Assembly: GCA_028534125.1 (NCBI GenBank)
Contig: CM052816.1
Coordinates: forward strand, 38,876,001-38,940,000
Direction: 5' to 3'
Length of the DNA: 64,000 bases
DNA from: Lama glama
Lineage: Eukaryota
Part shown: positions 12,631 to 25,800 of the stretch, piece after piece
How positions within the stretch are numbered: the first letter of the stretch is position 1
How the letters are laid out: each line of letters starts with the position of its first letter
Notes under the pieces: generated by a model
Seen by the model: only the letters and a program-made list of their open reading frames with translations
Databases searched by the model: none
Told to the model about the DNA's origin: nothing
Translations under genes and position numbers: made by a program

Positions 12631-14779
12631 TGCTGTCATTTATATCTTTGTCAAAAGTCTCCTCACCGCTTGCTAAGGAAGTAGCAGTATTTGTTAAGTA
12701 TTATAGGGACAGACTCACCCCCTACTCACATTAAGTCCCCTCATAAATATATTCACCATCACTGAAAAATGAAGGTTACCTTGGCATATTCATGGAAGGA
12801 CAACTTTACAGTAAAGTCCAGATTTAAAACCAAAATGAAAATTTTACTTTGGAAAGTTTAAATAATTTTGTACTTGAAAAAAGCATTTCTCCAGCTGGCT
12901 AAATTAAGGCACTACTAAAGTTCAATCCAAGAATACTCCTTGGCTTTGAATCTGTTGCCTTTTCTTGTGGTTGGAAATCAGATACATTTTTTTCCCCAAA
13001 GCTCATGCCAATGTATACTTTCTTCTAAAAGAGTTAAATAAATAGGCAAGCCAGCTCCCTTAATAATATTTCTTCCACTCAGACGATCTATTTTGGTTGA
13101 AGATTTGCATATAGAGATGCACTCAGTCTTCTTGACACATTTCCAGAAAATATGCAAATAAGGCTTATATTCTTCTAAAGCCTTTTGCTCTACTGATGTT
13201 CAATATGTAACATCCCTGCTCTCCACTGCCCTGAAGCCTTACGGTCTCTATTTTGATGCTCTGTGAAAAAGGAAGATGCTTTTAAGTTCTTCCTTCTCAT
13301 CCCTTGGCCTTGTCCTACTAGTGACTGCTTTAGAAACTCTTTCAAATACCTAGTTTTCCATTTATCTTGCTTCTTTAAACTCTCCTTCTGGATCCCAGTG
13401 GTCCTTACCCTGAAAATTTTGATGAAAGCTCCCAGGAAAGGCACACATATGCTCAGCAACTCCAGCATCGTACATATGTGCATTAGAAGGATGGGGCTTC
13501 TCTAGACACTCACTGAAACCCCAGATTCAGTTCCCTGAATTACATCCAGCCTTTGCCAATCAACACTTCCCCATCTGTTGCTGTCTCTGAGACCTCTCAC
13601 CTGGCACAGGCAACACAGCCCCATCTCTTTTTTCTCCCACCTTCCTAGACTCTTAAAGTCTCAGTCACAAGTCAAGCTATTCCTGCTTATTAATATGCAG
13701 GCAAGGTTGCTTGGTGGTGTCGGCCTGTCCTGTATGCCCTAATGGAAATGAATGCTGCCTTTAGCTGTCAACAGAATAAAGATTGGCATTTGCTGATGAG
13801 AAAAAGAAGCACAGTGAATGAAAACAGAGCAAATCCACTAAAAACTGAAAAATACAACACTTCTGTACAGTTAGACACTCTGGTTGACTCATTTCTCCCC
13901 AAATGTTTCCTGACCTTTTGCTATTCATTTTCCACTCCAAAATACATCTTTTTTACCCCTTCTACAGCATGAACCTGATTGCCCCAAAGGTTAACGTCTG
14001 TAGGTGTTACAAGAAGAACTGCTGCTCATACTAGCTGCCAAAACCCAGCTCACTCCAGATACTCTGGAGAACTCAATGCTGAACACAAAGCAACATGGCC
14101 TTTCAGTTTGGGGACATCACTTCTTCTATGTATTTTTTTTTCAGCTTTGCAAGGAATTCATTGGTGAAAGCAGGTGACAACCGAGGTAACACCCAGACAG
14201 ACTTGCCTTAAGCCCATCGATGACTCATCTTAGTTTCCACCATCTGTACAGTAAGGATAAAAATAAAGCGATTTTTAAATTATCTCTATGTATGTTATTC
14301 TCCTGCAAAATTGATATTTAAGCTGATTTCCCTTCTACATGTTTCCGAAGGAAATTCCCCAGTCACCAATTGACTCATGCTGAGAGAATATAAACTTATT
14401 TTAATATCAGCCTAAGTAGAACACATGTAGAATATATGTATGTCACCTAGAATTATAGATTGTGTTCTTTCATCAAAGGTACATAATTCAGAACTTAAAC
14501 ATTTATTTATGGTCTGCACTTATGTTATACCCTATGTGGGTAGGTAATTGGGATCTTAATATTGTCCCACAGGGTTTCTAGAATAAGTGTTTTTAGTATC
14601 AAAAATGAAAACAGTTGTATGTTGTAAAGTCCTACTCCATGTAATCCTGTCTCAGAGAGTAAGTTTCAGTGAGTCTTTGATGGTCCAGATCACGTAGCTT
14701 CACACTAGGATAAGAACACTGAAGCCAACCTGCTCAACACCAAACCCACCCCTTTTCAACACAATATTTCATATAACCC

Positions 14780-15035
14780 ACTATTCTTTCCTACTCCCCA
14801 TAAATCTGCCAGCAAATCTGATCATATATTTCTAAACACTTTAACTGAAGTCCACATCTTTCTTGTTCTTTCTGTCATTACCTCATCTACTCCCTCACAG
14901 TTCCATTTTCCATTGGATTAGCATCCTCCTTCACCGTCTCCCTGGCCCTACCCATTCTCTACATGATTGCTAGGAAATTTTCCTAAAATGCCAATTTTAT
15001 CATGTCAGGACTCTTCCCTGAAAAGTCTGCTCCCC
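14780..15035 (+). mobile_element. L2 fragment (continues after the MLT1E insertion to ~15750)
   Basis: Pyrimidine-rich L2-like sequence tggattagcatcctcc...ttttcctaaaatgc...atcatgtc; resumes with aatccaaactc...tcaagatcc at 15640. Confidence 0.55.
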
Positions 15036-15039
15036 AACA

Positions 15040-15630
15040 GTGGTAGGCAGTATAATGTCTCCCAAAGTTGTCTGCATCAGATATCCCTGATCTGTCACAT
15101 TAGATGACAAAAGAGACTTTGCCTACATAACTAAGGCTATTCATCTTAAGGAGATGGTCCTGGATTTTCCTGGTAGGCTCAATCAAATCACATGAGCCTT
15201 TCAAAACAGAACTTTCTCAGTCTGGAAGCAGAAGAAATACAGAAGAAGGGAAAGTCAGACAGATTCAAAACATGAGGACTCAACTAATCATTGCTGGGTT
15301 GAAAGATGAAGGGAAAGGTGACAAAGAATGCAGGTGGCCTGAAGGAGCTACGAGAAGATTCCAGCTGATAGCCAGCAAGGATGCATCCTTAGCACCACGA
15401 CCACAAGAAATTCAATTCTGCCAACAACCTGAATGAGCTCGGGAACAGATTCTCTCCCAAGGTCTCTGGCTAAGAGTCCAGCCCAGCCAACACCTTGATT
15501 TCAGCCTTGGGAGACCCAGGACAAAGGAACAAGATTTCTTACACAAAGAACCCTGAGACAATAAATTTGTGCTGTTTTAAGCCACTAAGTATGTGGTCAT
15601 TTGTTATGGCAGCAAGAGAAAACTACCGCA
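15040..15630 (+). mobile_element. MLT1E-like MaLR LTR
   Basis: gtggtaggcag start; gccagcaagga...ccacaagaaattcaattctgccaacaacctgaatgagct...ttttaagccactaag...ttgttatggcagcaagagaaaact. Confidence 0.85.
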
Positions 15631-15842
15631 CCAGATAACCAATCCAAACTCTCCTTCTACTCTTCAAGATCCATCAAAGTCTAGGCCTACTTGCCTAAGC
15701 GCCCCGGCTAATTTCCCTCTGCTCACAAACACTGGCTTTTGATTCCTTCCAGGTCAGGCTCAGCTTTATACACAGAGGTTACATTTTTTAGAGAAGAAAA
15801 AAAAATCATTGAGAAATGACTAAATAGCATGAACTCAGAGTA

Positions 15843-16225
15843 TGTGGTAGATGCAGAGCTGTGCTGTCCAGCTCCTCCTCCTGGAGGACTTGTCCAGCCG
15901 CGGGAGTATAGTCAACAGGCAGCCCCAGCTGTCAACTCTTTGAGGATCAGCTCAAGCTGCAGAGAGCCACCTTTCTCAAGGTCATACTTCTCCCAAGGAA
16001 GTTTGCATCTGTTGACTGAGCGGGGAAGAGGGATTAGAAAGGCTCAGCCATTTGGGCTCAACAATGGGCCACTCTGACAAGCTCAAGAGGCTGGCCGAGG
16101 CTCTATCAGGTCCCCATTGCAGTATGATTTCTTCCTGCGCCCAATTCTGCTCCCCACTTTCTTCACAGGTTAATTCCTAATAAACAGTTTGGGCCTCAGA
16201 TTCCATCTTAGCATCTCTTTCTGTC
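15843..16225 (+). mobile_element. LTR16A-like ERVL LTR
   Basis: tgtggtagatgc start; ctcaagctgcagagagccacc...aaggtca; ctaataaac polyA signal. Confidence 0.75.
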
Positions 16226-16524
16226 ACAGAATGGAAAGTACCCATAAGAAAATAAGGCAGGTTAAAGAGACAGTATCTGGAATAACAACCCAGCAGAATG
16301 AGATAGCATAAAAGTCATCAGGGTACAAGGACTCAGAAAAGTCATATAAAAATAACTTTAAAAATTACGGCTAAGTTTACATAAAAGTAAGAGATATCAC
16401 AAAATGCACAGAACAATGATAAAACTGAAAACTGAAACAGTAAAGCTGTAAGCTGACGTGGAATGGGGTACAGGAGGTAGCTGAACCTAGAGATAAGACT
16501 TGATGGTCAGAAGATTTGTTTTTT

Positions 16525-16823
16525 GGTCTTTTTTAATAAAAGTATTTACAATATTGTGTTCGTTTCAGGTGTACAGAATAGCAATTCAGTTTTGGGGGGT
16601 TTGGTTGGTTTTTTTGCAAGGTTATTACAAGATATTGTCTGTGTTATACAGTAAATTCTTGTTGCTTATCTATTTTACGTGGAATATAAAAAACCAATAC
16701 AGATGAATCTATATACAAAATGGAAACAAACTTGCAGTCATAGAAAACAAACTTATGGTTACCATAGTGGAGGAGGGACAAGTCAGGAGTACAGAGTTTG
16801 CATATACAAACTACCATGCATAA
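16525..16823 (-). mobile_element. Short L1 3'UTR insertion with 5' inversion
   Basis: 16525-16678 is the antisense L1 3' end; 16679-16823 is the immediately upstream 3'UTR in sense orientation (compare 63788-64000). Confidence 0.75.
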
Positions 16824-17354
16824 CTTTGGCTTTAATTCACCCACAGGCAGGAAAATAGACCTCAGGCTCATGTGAAACAGAACTGGAGCTGAGACTTTAC
16901 ATAAACAGAGGACACTGAAAGAGCTGCATCCTCAGTAGAAGAAAGACTGGAAAAACTCAACCCTTATGCAAATGAAAACTACAAGGAAGACTTTCCTACT
17001 CATGTGTCCTGCCATGAGTAGGAAAAAGAAGCATCTCGTAAGAAACCAAATAGCCAAGATTGTAACCATACATGTGTTTGGAGCTCCACTTGGGTGGAAT
17101 AAGAATTTTCAACCTGATAATTAAGGTAAGTATAACATGGGCCCAAAACAGCTCTGGAAAATCAGGCAGCAGCAAATCAGCCTGCCTTGTATTCCCTCAG
17201 AAAGGAACAAAACCAGCAGAAGCCCGTAAGTTATGTCTCATGTTAAGGAACTCACCAGAATGAGTGAAAGGCAAGCAGAATAGATTACAAAATAAGCATA
17301 ATTACAATAATATAAGTTTTCAAAATGTACAGAAATGGTAAGAAAAGACTAAGA

Positions 17355-17356
17355 CA

Positions 17357-17395
<39 letters not shown>

Positions 17396-17445
17396 GGAAA
17401 GAAAGGGAAAGAGAGAAAGAGGAAAGCAAGCAAGCAAGCAAGCAA
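17355..17445 (+). repeat. (GAAA)n and (GCAA)n compound microsatellite
   Basis: Directly visible tandem tetranucleotides. Confidence 0.95.
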
Positions 17446-17608
17446 AACTAGACAGATTGGAAAAAAAAACAAATAGGACCCTTAAAAGCAAAAAATTTTT
17501 ATTACTGTCAAGTAAAAATTCAATGGTTAGGTTAAATAGCATTTCAAACAGAACTGAAGAGAGAATTAGTAAAGTAGAAAATGGACCTGGGAACATTTGT
17601 CCAAGGCT

Positions 17609-18040
17609 GTGGAGGTCAAGGAGGCATGCCACTCAGCTCTCCCTTTAAGATACTCTGCTGCAGAGAGCATAGTTGACCCATAACCCCAGCTACTGAAACT
17701 TCGGATTCACCACTTTGTTCACTTTAAGGCCTAGTCTCAGGGGTACTAGAGTCAGGCAATTCTGCTCAACATGAAATTCTTCTAATGGGTAACTTTTATT
17801 CAGAACCCCCATCCCCATCTCAATTAAAACGTCCTCAGAATTACTCTGCAGTCTAAGGTTCTACCTACTAAATCTTCCTTTCCACCTTCCCTTTCACAGT
17901 TGTCAGCCATGCATGATGGTCTGCAAGCTCTCCCTGTCTATTCTTGCTCCCTGCCTCTCTATCTCTAATGTCTTTCAATAAATTTCTTGCGTATATAATC
18001 CCGCTTTGACCTCTGTTTCTTGGAGAAGCCAAATTGAAAT
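17609..18040 (+). mobile_element. LTR16C-like ERVL LTR nested in L1
   Basis: tgtggagg start; ctgcagagagcatagttgac; caataaatttcttgcg...tctgtttcttggagaagccaaattgaaa end. Confidence 0.7.
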
Positions 18041-20049
18041 AAAAATAGAACTAAAACAGCTAAGCAACATTAGCATTCAATATAGGAGAGGGCATTGGCA
18101 TTATGACATTAAACAGTCAGTCCTTTTATTTTATGAAGGCAAAGAGATTGCCAGAGAGTTTGATTAGATTTATATTTTTTTAAGAATGAATGTTTAAAAT
18201 GTGGGGACAAACTTTCAAAGATTGCAAATAGTGTACATTATCACAAATCCAGAAGAGGGGAGTTAAGAAAACCTTATTAATCTAATAGAAGTATAAAAGA
18301 AGAAAAAGCAAAGAAAGAAAAAATGGCATAACTAAAAAGCACAATTTATAATGGCAGAAAAATCCAAGTAATCATTAAAAAATTGTCATTTAAACTGAAA
18401 CTGTTGTATGAGCCTATTAAGAAAACATCAAGCTACATATTGTAACAAGAGAGGCACCTAAGCTTAAGGTCCCTCCAAAATAGAAACTAAAGTTATGTAG
18501 AAAGTTGTTCTAAGAAAAGTATTTCTAAAAGGAGGGCTGCATTTTTTAATATCAGAAAAAGGGGATTTTAAGACTCTTTCTTTAAAAAGCATTACAGGAA
18601 AAAGGAGTATTATATAATAATAAATAAATTCACTGGAAGTATAATAATCTTAAACCTATAAGCACTTAATAATGTAGCTGGAAAACACAGAAACAAAAAT
18701 ATGAGGAACATTTTTTCAAGAGATATGAAAGAATACAGAATCATAATTAGAGCATTTGACACATCTCATGCAGACATTTGGAAATCTAGTGAATAAAATT
18801 ATTAAGGATATAGAAGATTTGAGTATCACAATCAATAAGCATGTCTAATAAATACATATGAAATCCAACACTGAGAATATATATTCTTTTTAACTATACC
18901 ATAATGCAAGGAAACTAGAAATCAGCAGCAAAATAAACTCCAAATTCCATCCATCTGAAAATATTTTTAAAATGTTAAATAATCCATAGTTTAAAAATTA
19001 AATCAGGATAAAATCTGTTTCAAAATTAGAATTGAATAGCAATTCAAAAAATTAAAAAACTATGTATCAGAACTAGTAGAACATAGATGTGTCATACTTG
19101 AGAGGAATTCACAACTTTAAATTCATGTATCAGAGGATAACTGAAAAATGAGTTAAGCTTCCAACTCAAAAAGTCAGTGTAAAATGTAAAAAGTAAACCA
19201 AATAAACCAAAATTAAATAATGGAAAAAAGATAGTGAATGCAAACAATGGAAGTGGGTATGGGCATTTACTTTAGACAAGAGGGTACTAAGTGATCTCTC
19301 CAAAGAGATGACATTTTGATAGAAATATGCAAAAGGAAAATGTAAGGTATTAGCAACATATTTTTTGAAAATAACAATATGCATGTTTTGCTTTCTGCCT
19401 TGCCATGAAAAAAAGACAGAAAATTGGCTTGCCAGTCTGTAGTTTGTAGCAGGTGTATATATAGAGTGGAAAAATCATGCATCTCTTGGCTCATGAATCC
19501 TCCCTCAGGGATAAAGCCATAGATGCAGCAAGTGCTATGAGAATAGGTCCCCTGGGGAGAGAATGATGACAGAGTATGTGAGGGGAATTCATATACCTGA
19601 AAATTGGAAAGTTTCCCAGTCCTGTCATCCAGCTGCCCCAGTGAAAGTCAGCAGTTTCACCTTGTGTCCCAGCCACACAACACTGTACCTCTTATGGGAA
19701 GAGCTTCATCCTGGCCTCTTAACCAGTAATTGAAACTCTGCTTGTGACACCACAGGACTGTGGTGCTACATGGGGGCTTTTGCTCCCAATTCCAAACTAT
19801 CTTTTGCTCATCCTCTTTGCCCTTCATACGCTGTTGATCATCCCATCCAGATTGAGTTGATTACTTATGTTCTCCCAACAGATGATACACCTATGATAGT
19901 GACATCAGTGTCACCAATGCAGGTCATCCAGCATCACTAGGACTTTCACTCCCGACTATTCTGTATCTCCACAAGTTGGATTCAACTTTCCACACCTGCC
20001 AGCCTTCAGAAAATCCACCAGGAACTCGAAGCACATCACCCTACATTAC

Positions 20050-20275
20050 CTCTCTGGATAGCACTTATCATCTCATCTCATCTCATCTAATCATTTCCTC
20101 GCTTATTTATTTGATTGTTCCTTTTATGTCTTCTCCTTCCCTCTCCCCATAAGAATGTAATATGCATGAGTCAGGGACTTCAGTATCTTGTTCACTACCA
20201 CATACTAGCTTCTGGCAGTGCCTAGCATGTTGTGGGAATTTAGTAAATATTTTTGAAAAGATGAAGTAATGAACA
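20050..20275 (+). mobile_element. L2a 3' end
   Basis: tagcacttatca...gaatgtaa...catgagtcagggact...tcttgttcact...cagtgcctagca...agtaaatattttgaa. Confidence 0.8.
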
Positions 20276-21249
20276 AATTTCTCCATATACATCCAGAAAT
20301 CTTCTCTCCATATGAAGGGAAGAGGGAAGAACATTTTCACCAACATCCATTCTTTAGTACAATGCTGCCATTTTAGAGTTTGTAAGCAACTGTAGGGATA
20401 ATGTGCAGCCCCCTCATGTCCACCTTTCTCTGCCACATGAGAATTATGCTCTTGCTATGTTGGCCCCATGCCCAGATTCAAAGGACTATACTACATCGAT
20501 TTGAGCTAGGGCAAGATGCCAGCCAAAGACCATTTGGGAAGAATTTCCCACAGTAGGCAGAAAGTGACACCTCAGTTGCAAGCTTAAACTGGTCTCAGCA
20601 GCAAGTGATGCTAAACTGGCTCCATTTGAGACTGCTCTGCGGGAGAGCACACCTAGGCATTCTGGAACACGACATCAGCAGCCAAAAGTGTTTCCTGTTT
20701 AAACCCCAACCCAGGCAAACCCAGGAAATCCACTCACACAGCAAGAAACCTATTGAGCCTTGCTAATTGCAAACAGTTTGCAGCCCGTAATTAATCCCTG
20801 CCTCCTTGAAGGGTTTTTCTCTTTGGCATTTGCTTACTTCAAAGTTGCCTAAAAGTTCAACTAGGCAATACTCGGGTCATCATATTCACGTTATATTTGG
20901 CTTTTCAGCAAAAGTCTGTGTAGAGCCAAAAATAAAATGGCATTTGGGGAAAGATGGCCATAGAATGGAAATGTTAATGTGGTTGATCTTAATCAACCAA
21001 TAATTTCCCTGCCAAATATGCATACTGTGGCAGAAAACTAATTCTAACACTTAATGACTAATTTGGTAGAAACTGCTAAAGACTAAGTTTTAATAGTTAA
21101 AACTGTCAGAATTTCAACCAATTAAGCTAAGTTTTGTTGAGTATCATAAGGACAATCATACTAAGGTCTAATTGGCTACTCTTCAGGCTCTCCAAACCAC
21201 CTTAAATTTTGCTTCTTCCATTAAGAAGAATCTCCTCTGATTCTTCCAA

Positions 21250-21487
21250 GACTAAGAGTCCCTGCTATTTGTTCTTATGGGATCTTTATTGACTCTTGCT
21301 AACTTTTATGAACTCTTTATTTCTTCAATAAAATATAAGCTCCTCAAAGACAAGGATCATGTCTTGTTTTCCCATTGTGTCTCCAGAGTTCAGTGCATGA
21401 CCTGGGATAGAGTGGGTGCCAAATAAGTGCATTCGGTTAAATAGATGGATAAACAGATGGACAGACGCACATGGAACAATGAATGAG
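21250..21487 (+). mobile_element. L2 3' end
   Basis: tataagctcctcaaagacaaggatcatgtcttgttt...tgcatgacctggg...tgaatgag. Confidence 0.7.
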
Positions 21488-21534
21488 CACAAGCAAGCAT
21501 GATAGCAGACTCCCTGAGTATCTGGTAACACCAT

Positions 21535-21995
21535 CCCCTTTGATTCTAGGACAGCTGCAGCGGACAATATGTGAAAGCTCAGACTAAACCATCTCACTGC
21601 ATTCCACTTCAATCTCCAGGTCTTTCCCCTTTCTGCTCTTCTGACACTGCAGGTACTCATTCATCCCAATGCACGGGCACAGTCTGGTCCAGAAGCACAG
21701 GGGAGTTAACACTCTTAGGGAAATCCTCAGCCAGGGAGGTGCAAAAGCCAGTGGATGGATGTCCCAGCCTCCTACCCTTCAGGCAAACAAGTCTCAGAAG
21801 GATTCTGTACATGTCTCATCACGTCTCAGTAGAATCAAGCCGCTACTGCCCACAACAATGCCCTCAATACTACATCCTTATGCTGGCTTTCATGCTGCTC
21901 ACTGCTTCACATCCGCTTCCCAGAATCATTTCCCAAATAGACTGCCTGCACCCAAGTCCCTGTCTTAGGCTTTACTTTCATGGAAACTCAAAAAA
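21535..21995 (+). mobile_element. LTR33-like ERVL LTR
   Basis: gcttcccagaatcatttcccaaatagactgcctgcacccaagtccctgtcttaggctttactttcatggaaactcaaa, a typical LTR33 3' end. Confidence 0.7.
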
Positions 21996-22539
21996 AAAAT
22001 GTGTCATAATGAATTTAATGTGAGATCTCAACCTGAAAAAGATATCCAAAGACATAAATGATCTAAGATAGGACAGCTTCAGAAAACCTATGTGAGAAAA
22101 TATCATACATATCACATATAGCCCATCATTAACAAAATAATGAAAGACAAAGCAATGAACACAGTCCCTAGAAATAGTAAATGCTGGTTAATGGTTCCTT
22201 CCTTCTTTCCTGGTCACTTTTCATCCTTTGTGCATTGCTTATTCTGCAGACTGTGTGGCAACCCCACCAGACATGAGCCTCTACACTACTCCCACCAGCA
22301 TCAGCCAGACATTAGTCTCTAAGCTACCCTGGTTTTCATCTGCCTCTTCAGTTTTCTGTTATTAATAAATCTATATGGGATTATCCCTACTGTCACTTAA
22401 AATTGAAAATAGAATTTTTCTTTAAATTATCAGCATCTTCACTTTAGAAAGTCTCTGTGGAATAATAATTAAACTCTGTGCTCTAAGTCTTTGTGAAGGT
22501 TGATATTAAATATGAAGCCACCTTTACAGAAAATATAAT

Positions 22540-22845
22540 AAACCTAACTAAGCCAATGAGACTCAGATGCTCAAGAATTTGAACAGCAATGCACAGAGGC
22601 AGAGGAAGTCATAGCTGAATCATCTGGACGGCCATGCCACACCTAAAGAGACTGCCCATGTGCTCCCTCTGCCAATGTTCTCTGGGCTGCCCTGGTTTCT
22701 GCTCATCCCAATGCCTGAGTGCTCATTCTCTCCATTCCCTGAGTCACCTGTCCAGAATTCATTTTTTTCAATTTCTCCCTTTTATTAACTGAAGCTACTG
22801 AGTCATCTTTCATTTCCTTATAAATAAAAACTACTAACTGATTAA
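22540..22845 (+). mobile_element. Old MLT1-family MaLR LTR fragment
   Basis: ctaagccaatgagact...gagtcatctttcatttccttataaataaaaactactaactgat. Confidence 0.5.
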
Positions 22846-25800
22846 ACTACAATAGTAGAAATTGCATCCTTGTTTCAGTAAAAGCGTGGGGGACTTCCTA
22901 GGGCAGTTCCCCTGGTCGCTCTCCACACCATACTAGCTCTTCCTCCTACAGTAACTCACCTGACTGGTGATTCTGGGACAAGGAACTGATCACACCAGTT
23001 CGGAGCTTCCTGGCCCCTCTTTCAGCCAACTTACTGTAAGCTCCACTGGAAGGAGAACTGGGCTTGTCCCACTCTACCACTGACTGTTTCTTAATCCCTC
23101 TAATTCAGCAGCAGCAAGCACACATGGGTGACACATTAGTCTAGTGCTCCTGTTCACCTGGTATTTGCACAACAAATCTGAGTCTTTGGTCTTCACCTGT
23201 CTGATCTCTGTCACCCCCTGCCCCCCTCACTCTTCTCTCTTCCTCTTGGTTCTGACTTAGATGGGAAGGAACAGCATTGTTTACTAGGCCTCATCAAACC
23301 AAAACAGAAAGCAGGGGTCATTTTTAACATCTAGAAGGATTTCTGAAATGAGGAGAAAACTTCAGAAATGAATAATAATGGATTGGGAAGCATACATAAT
23401 ATATTCACACACTAATTCCTAAATTCAGCGGTTAGGGATCTGGGCAGGAAAAAAAACGACAAGGGGAGGATAAGTTCCAACTGTAAGTTAATATACTTGT
23501 TTACTGGCTGTTAGCATGTTATGGTCATAACATTTCATTTCTTCCTCTGTTCTCTGCTTACCATAAGGAAGAGTAGATATAAGAACTCAGAAGACTTAAT
23601 AGAATGTATCATTGGAAGAATTTTAACTGCCACAGCTAAAAGGATCCACTGAGTTTTTAAGTTGCTTCTGAGGTCTATTAACCAATTTTAATGAATTCTA
23701 AATTGTGATACCCTTCTGTATGAATGCCTCAGGTTTCTAATTCTAAAATCTGAGGCTCCTGGTGAGTAACAATTTTAACACAGAAAACAAAACAAACAAA
23801 CAAAAAAAAAACCCAGCGACCAATAAAGCTGTAAAAGTTGCTTAGTGTCAAAAATACAAATTATACTCTACGGTTGGTATTTAGATCTTCCACTTTTACA
23901 GAGTATTAATTGATAAACATTATTGGTTGACTAAATGAACAAAATCAATAACAATATTACAAGTACTGGAATATAACCTGTGCCGTCAGGCATTCTTGTC
24001 TGCTTATTCCATAAAGTTAAATGCAGATGTAGTTCCCAGGAGAGTCACATATAGACAAGCCTTATAAATCTGAATCCGCAAAATGAATGTAGACATTGCA
24101 ACTTCTTTCAGATTACATTTTCATTTTAGTGATTTTACCCAAAGATGTGAGATAGCTTAGGGTTTCAGTCACTGTAGGTAAACAGATGAAAAGGTTTTAG
24201 GGACAAAGTGACCTCAAGCCAAATCACATAGGTATTCTACCAAAATGCAAGATCTAACCTTATTGCTTGTCCCTTTGAAATGCTAACAGTGCCCTTCATA
24301 AAAAACTATAATGTTACTCTACAGAATTACAGAACCGTTGAATTACTCAAGCATTCAAACTTAAAATGAGCAAACATCACAGATCCTGCAAACATATTGT
24401 ATCTTTAGAAAGAAATCACAGCACGTGTATAACTCTGATATCACATTTGCAATTTTCAACCACTTTTTCAAACACCTTGTTTCTGCAAAGAAAAAAATCA
24501 TTCCAAGTCTAGGAATTAGTGGTGAGTGAAGCTGGCAACATTTGAATTCTTCACATGTCTTAATCTTCACACTATATTTTAAAGAAATTCAACTTAAAAC
24601 AGAAACCCTAAATATATCTTGGACAGAATTTATATAAGTGGTGGCAAAAATGAATTGCAGCCCCACCACTGTCTTTATCAATACACTCAAAGTCCCCAGT
24701 AAGGATACTGGTTAAGTAATTAAACCGGGTTTGCTATACAAATGCAGCTTTAAGAGGAGCCCGGTATTTTCAACAGCTTGAAAGTCATCCCCAATAAGCA
24801 TGCAATCTGGGTTTAAAAAAAAAGTGGGCTTGCTACGCAAACATAACATCAAAAGAACTCAAGATCCTCCTTCCAACTAGATTTTTATCTTAAACCTGCC
24901 TACACAGACACTCTGGGCCTACTATCTTTAATCATTTAATTTTCTAAATTTTATATGTGAGCTGATAAGCATAACAACAATACTTAGTCAATGATACAGT
25001 TTGTAATATTATTTTTGGCACTTTATTTGCTATTATCATTACATGAAATTCTCCAAGAAGCTCTTTGACCCTTTTCAGAACTTTTGTTTTAATTAAAATT
25101 TGTAAAGAATTGTTTCCAAAATTAATAATTTAATACCATCAAATTTGAAGTCAAATTCAAAGCAATTTTGTCAAATGGACTTTCCAGTCAGTTAAATATA
25201 TGCTCTGATCAATTCCAGGGTGCATATTTTGGCAACTACTCCAGAAGGGACATCAAAGAGAAAATAAACTGAAGATTTTCATCTTTTCATCTGTGTTGGG
25301 TGCTCTGCCAACCCAACACCGAGTGAAGACTAAACTTCGCTTCTATCTTCCTATTTACAGATGAGGAGCTTAGGGGTCAGAGTTTTTTAAGATCATAGTG
25401 ACAAAGTCAGAACACAGACAGAAGAGGCTGAAAACGACTTGCTAATATTTGCTGCTGCTGATACAGGAGAGAGTCAATTGAATCAAAGTGTATCTCTCAG
25501 TCTCTGTCTCTGTCCTTCTCTCATCTCATTGGAATTCTAGGAGGAAGATGCTAGGATGCTGTGTCTAGAATGTACTACATCTTGTTAGAAGATGCTCTGG
25601 AGGTTCAATAGAAAAATTCTTTTAAACCAGGAGCTAGAGGTTATTAAAACTATTAAGAAATCAGGTCATTGCCCAAACAGGGAATAATAAGATCTAGGAC
25701 TGAAAACAGACACACAGAATTTGTATTACTATAACCTTTGGCATAAAACAGTAGACCATCCAGCTAAGAGCAGCAACAGGGGATCTGGATGTGGACAACA

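Larger units (their letters stand above)
16830..19360 (+). mobile_element. Old L1 (L1ME-like) 5'UTR/ORF1/ORF2-endonuclease remnant, interrupted
   Basis: ORF 17325-17648 contains KNSMVRLNSISNRTEERISKVE (ORF1p coiled-coil-like); aagctacatattgtaacaagagaggcacct (ORF2 CLQETH-like) and aaggatatagaagatttgagtatcacaatcaataagc. Confidence 0.7.

Noticed and set aside
17285..17648. Overlapping 115-aa and 107-aa ORFs
   Set aside because: Produced by the GAAA/GCAA microsatellite plus an L1 ORF1 remnant
19748..19765. 8-bp inverted repeat caccacag-ga-ctgtggtg
   Set aside because: Too short; expected by chance in 64 kb
21571..22023. 150-aa ORF
   Set aside because: Lies within an LTR33-like LTR, non-ATG start, no homology recognised
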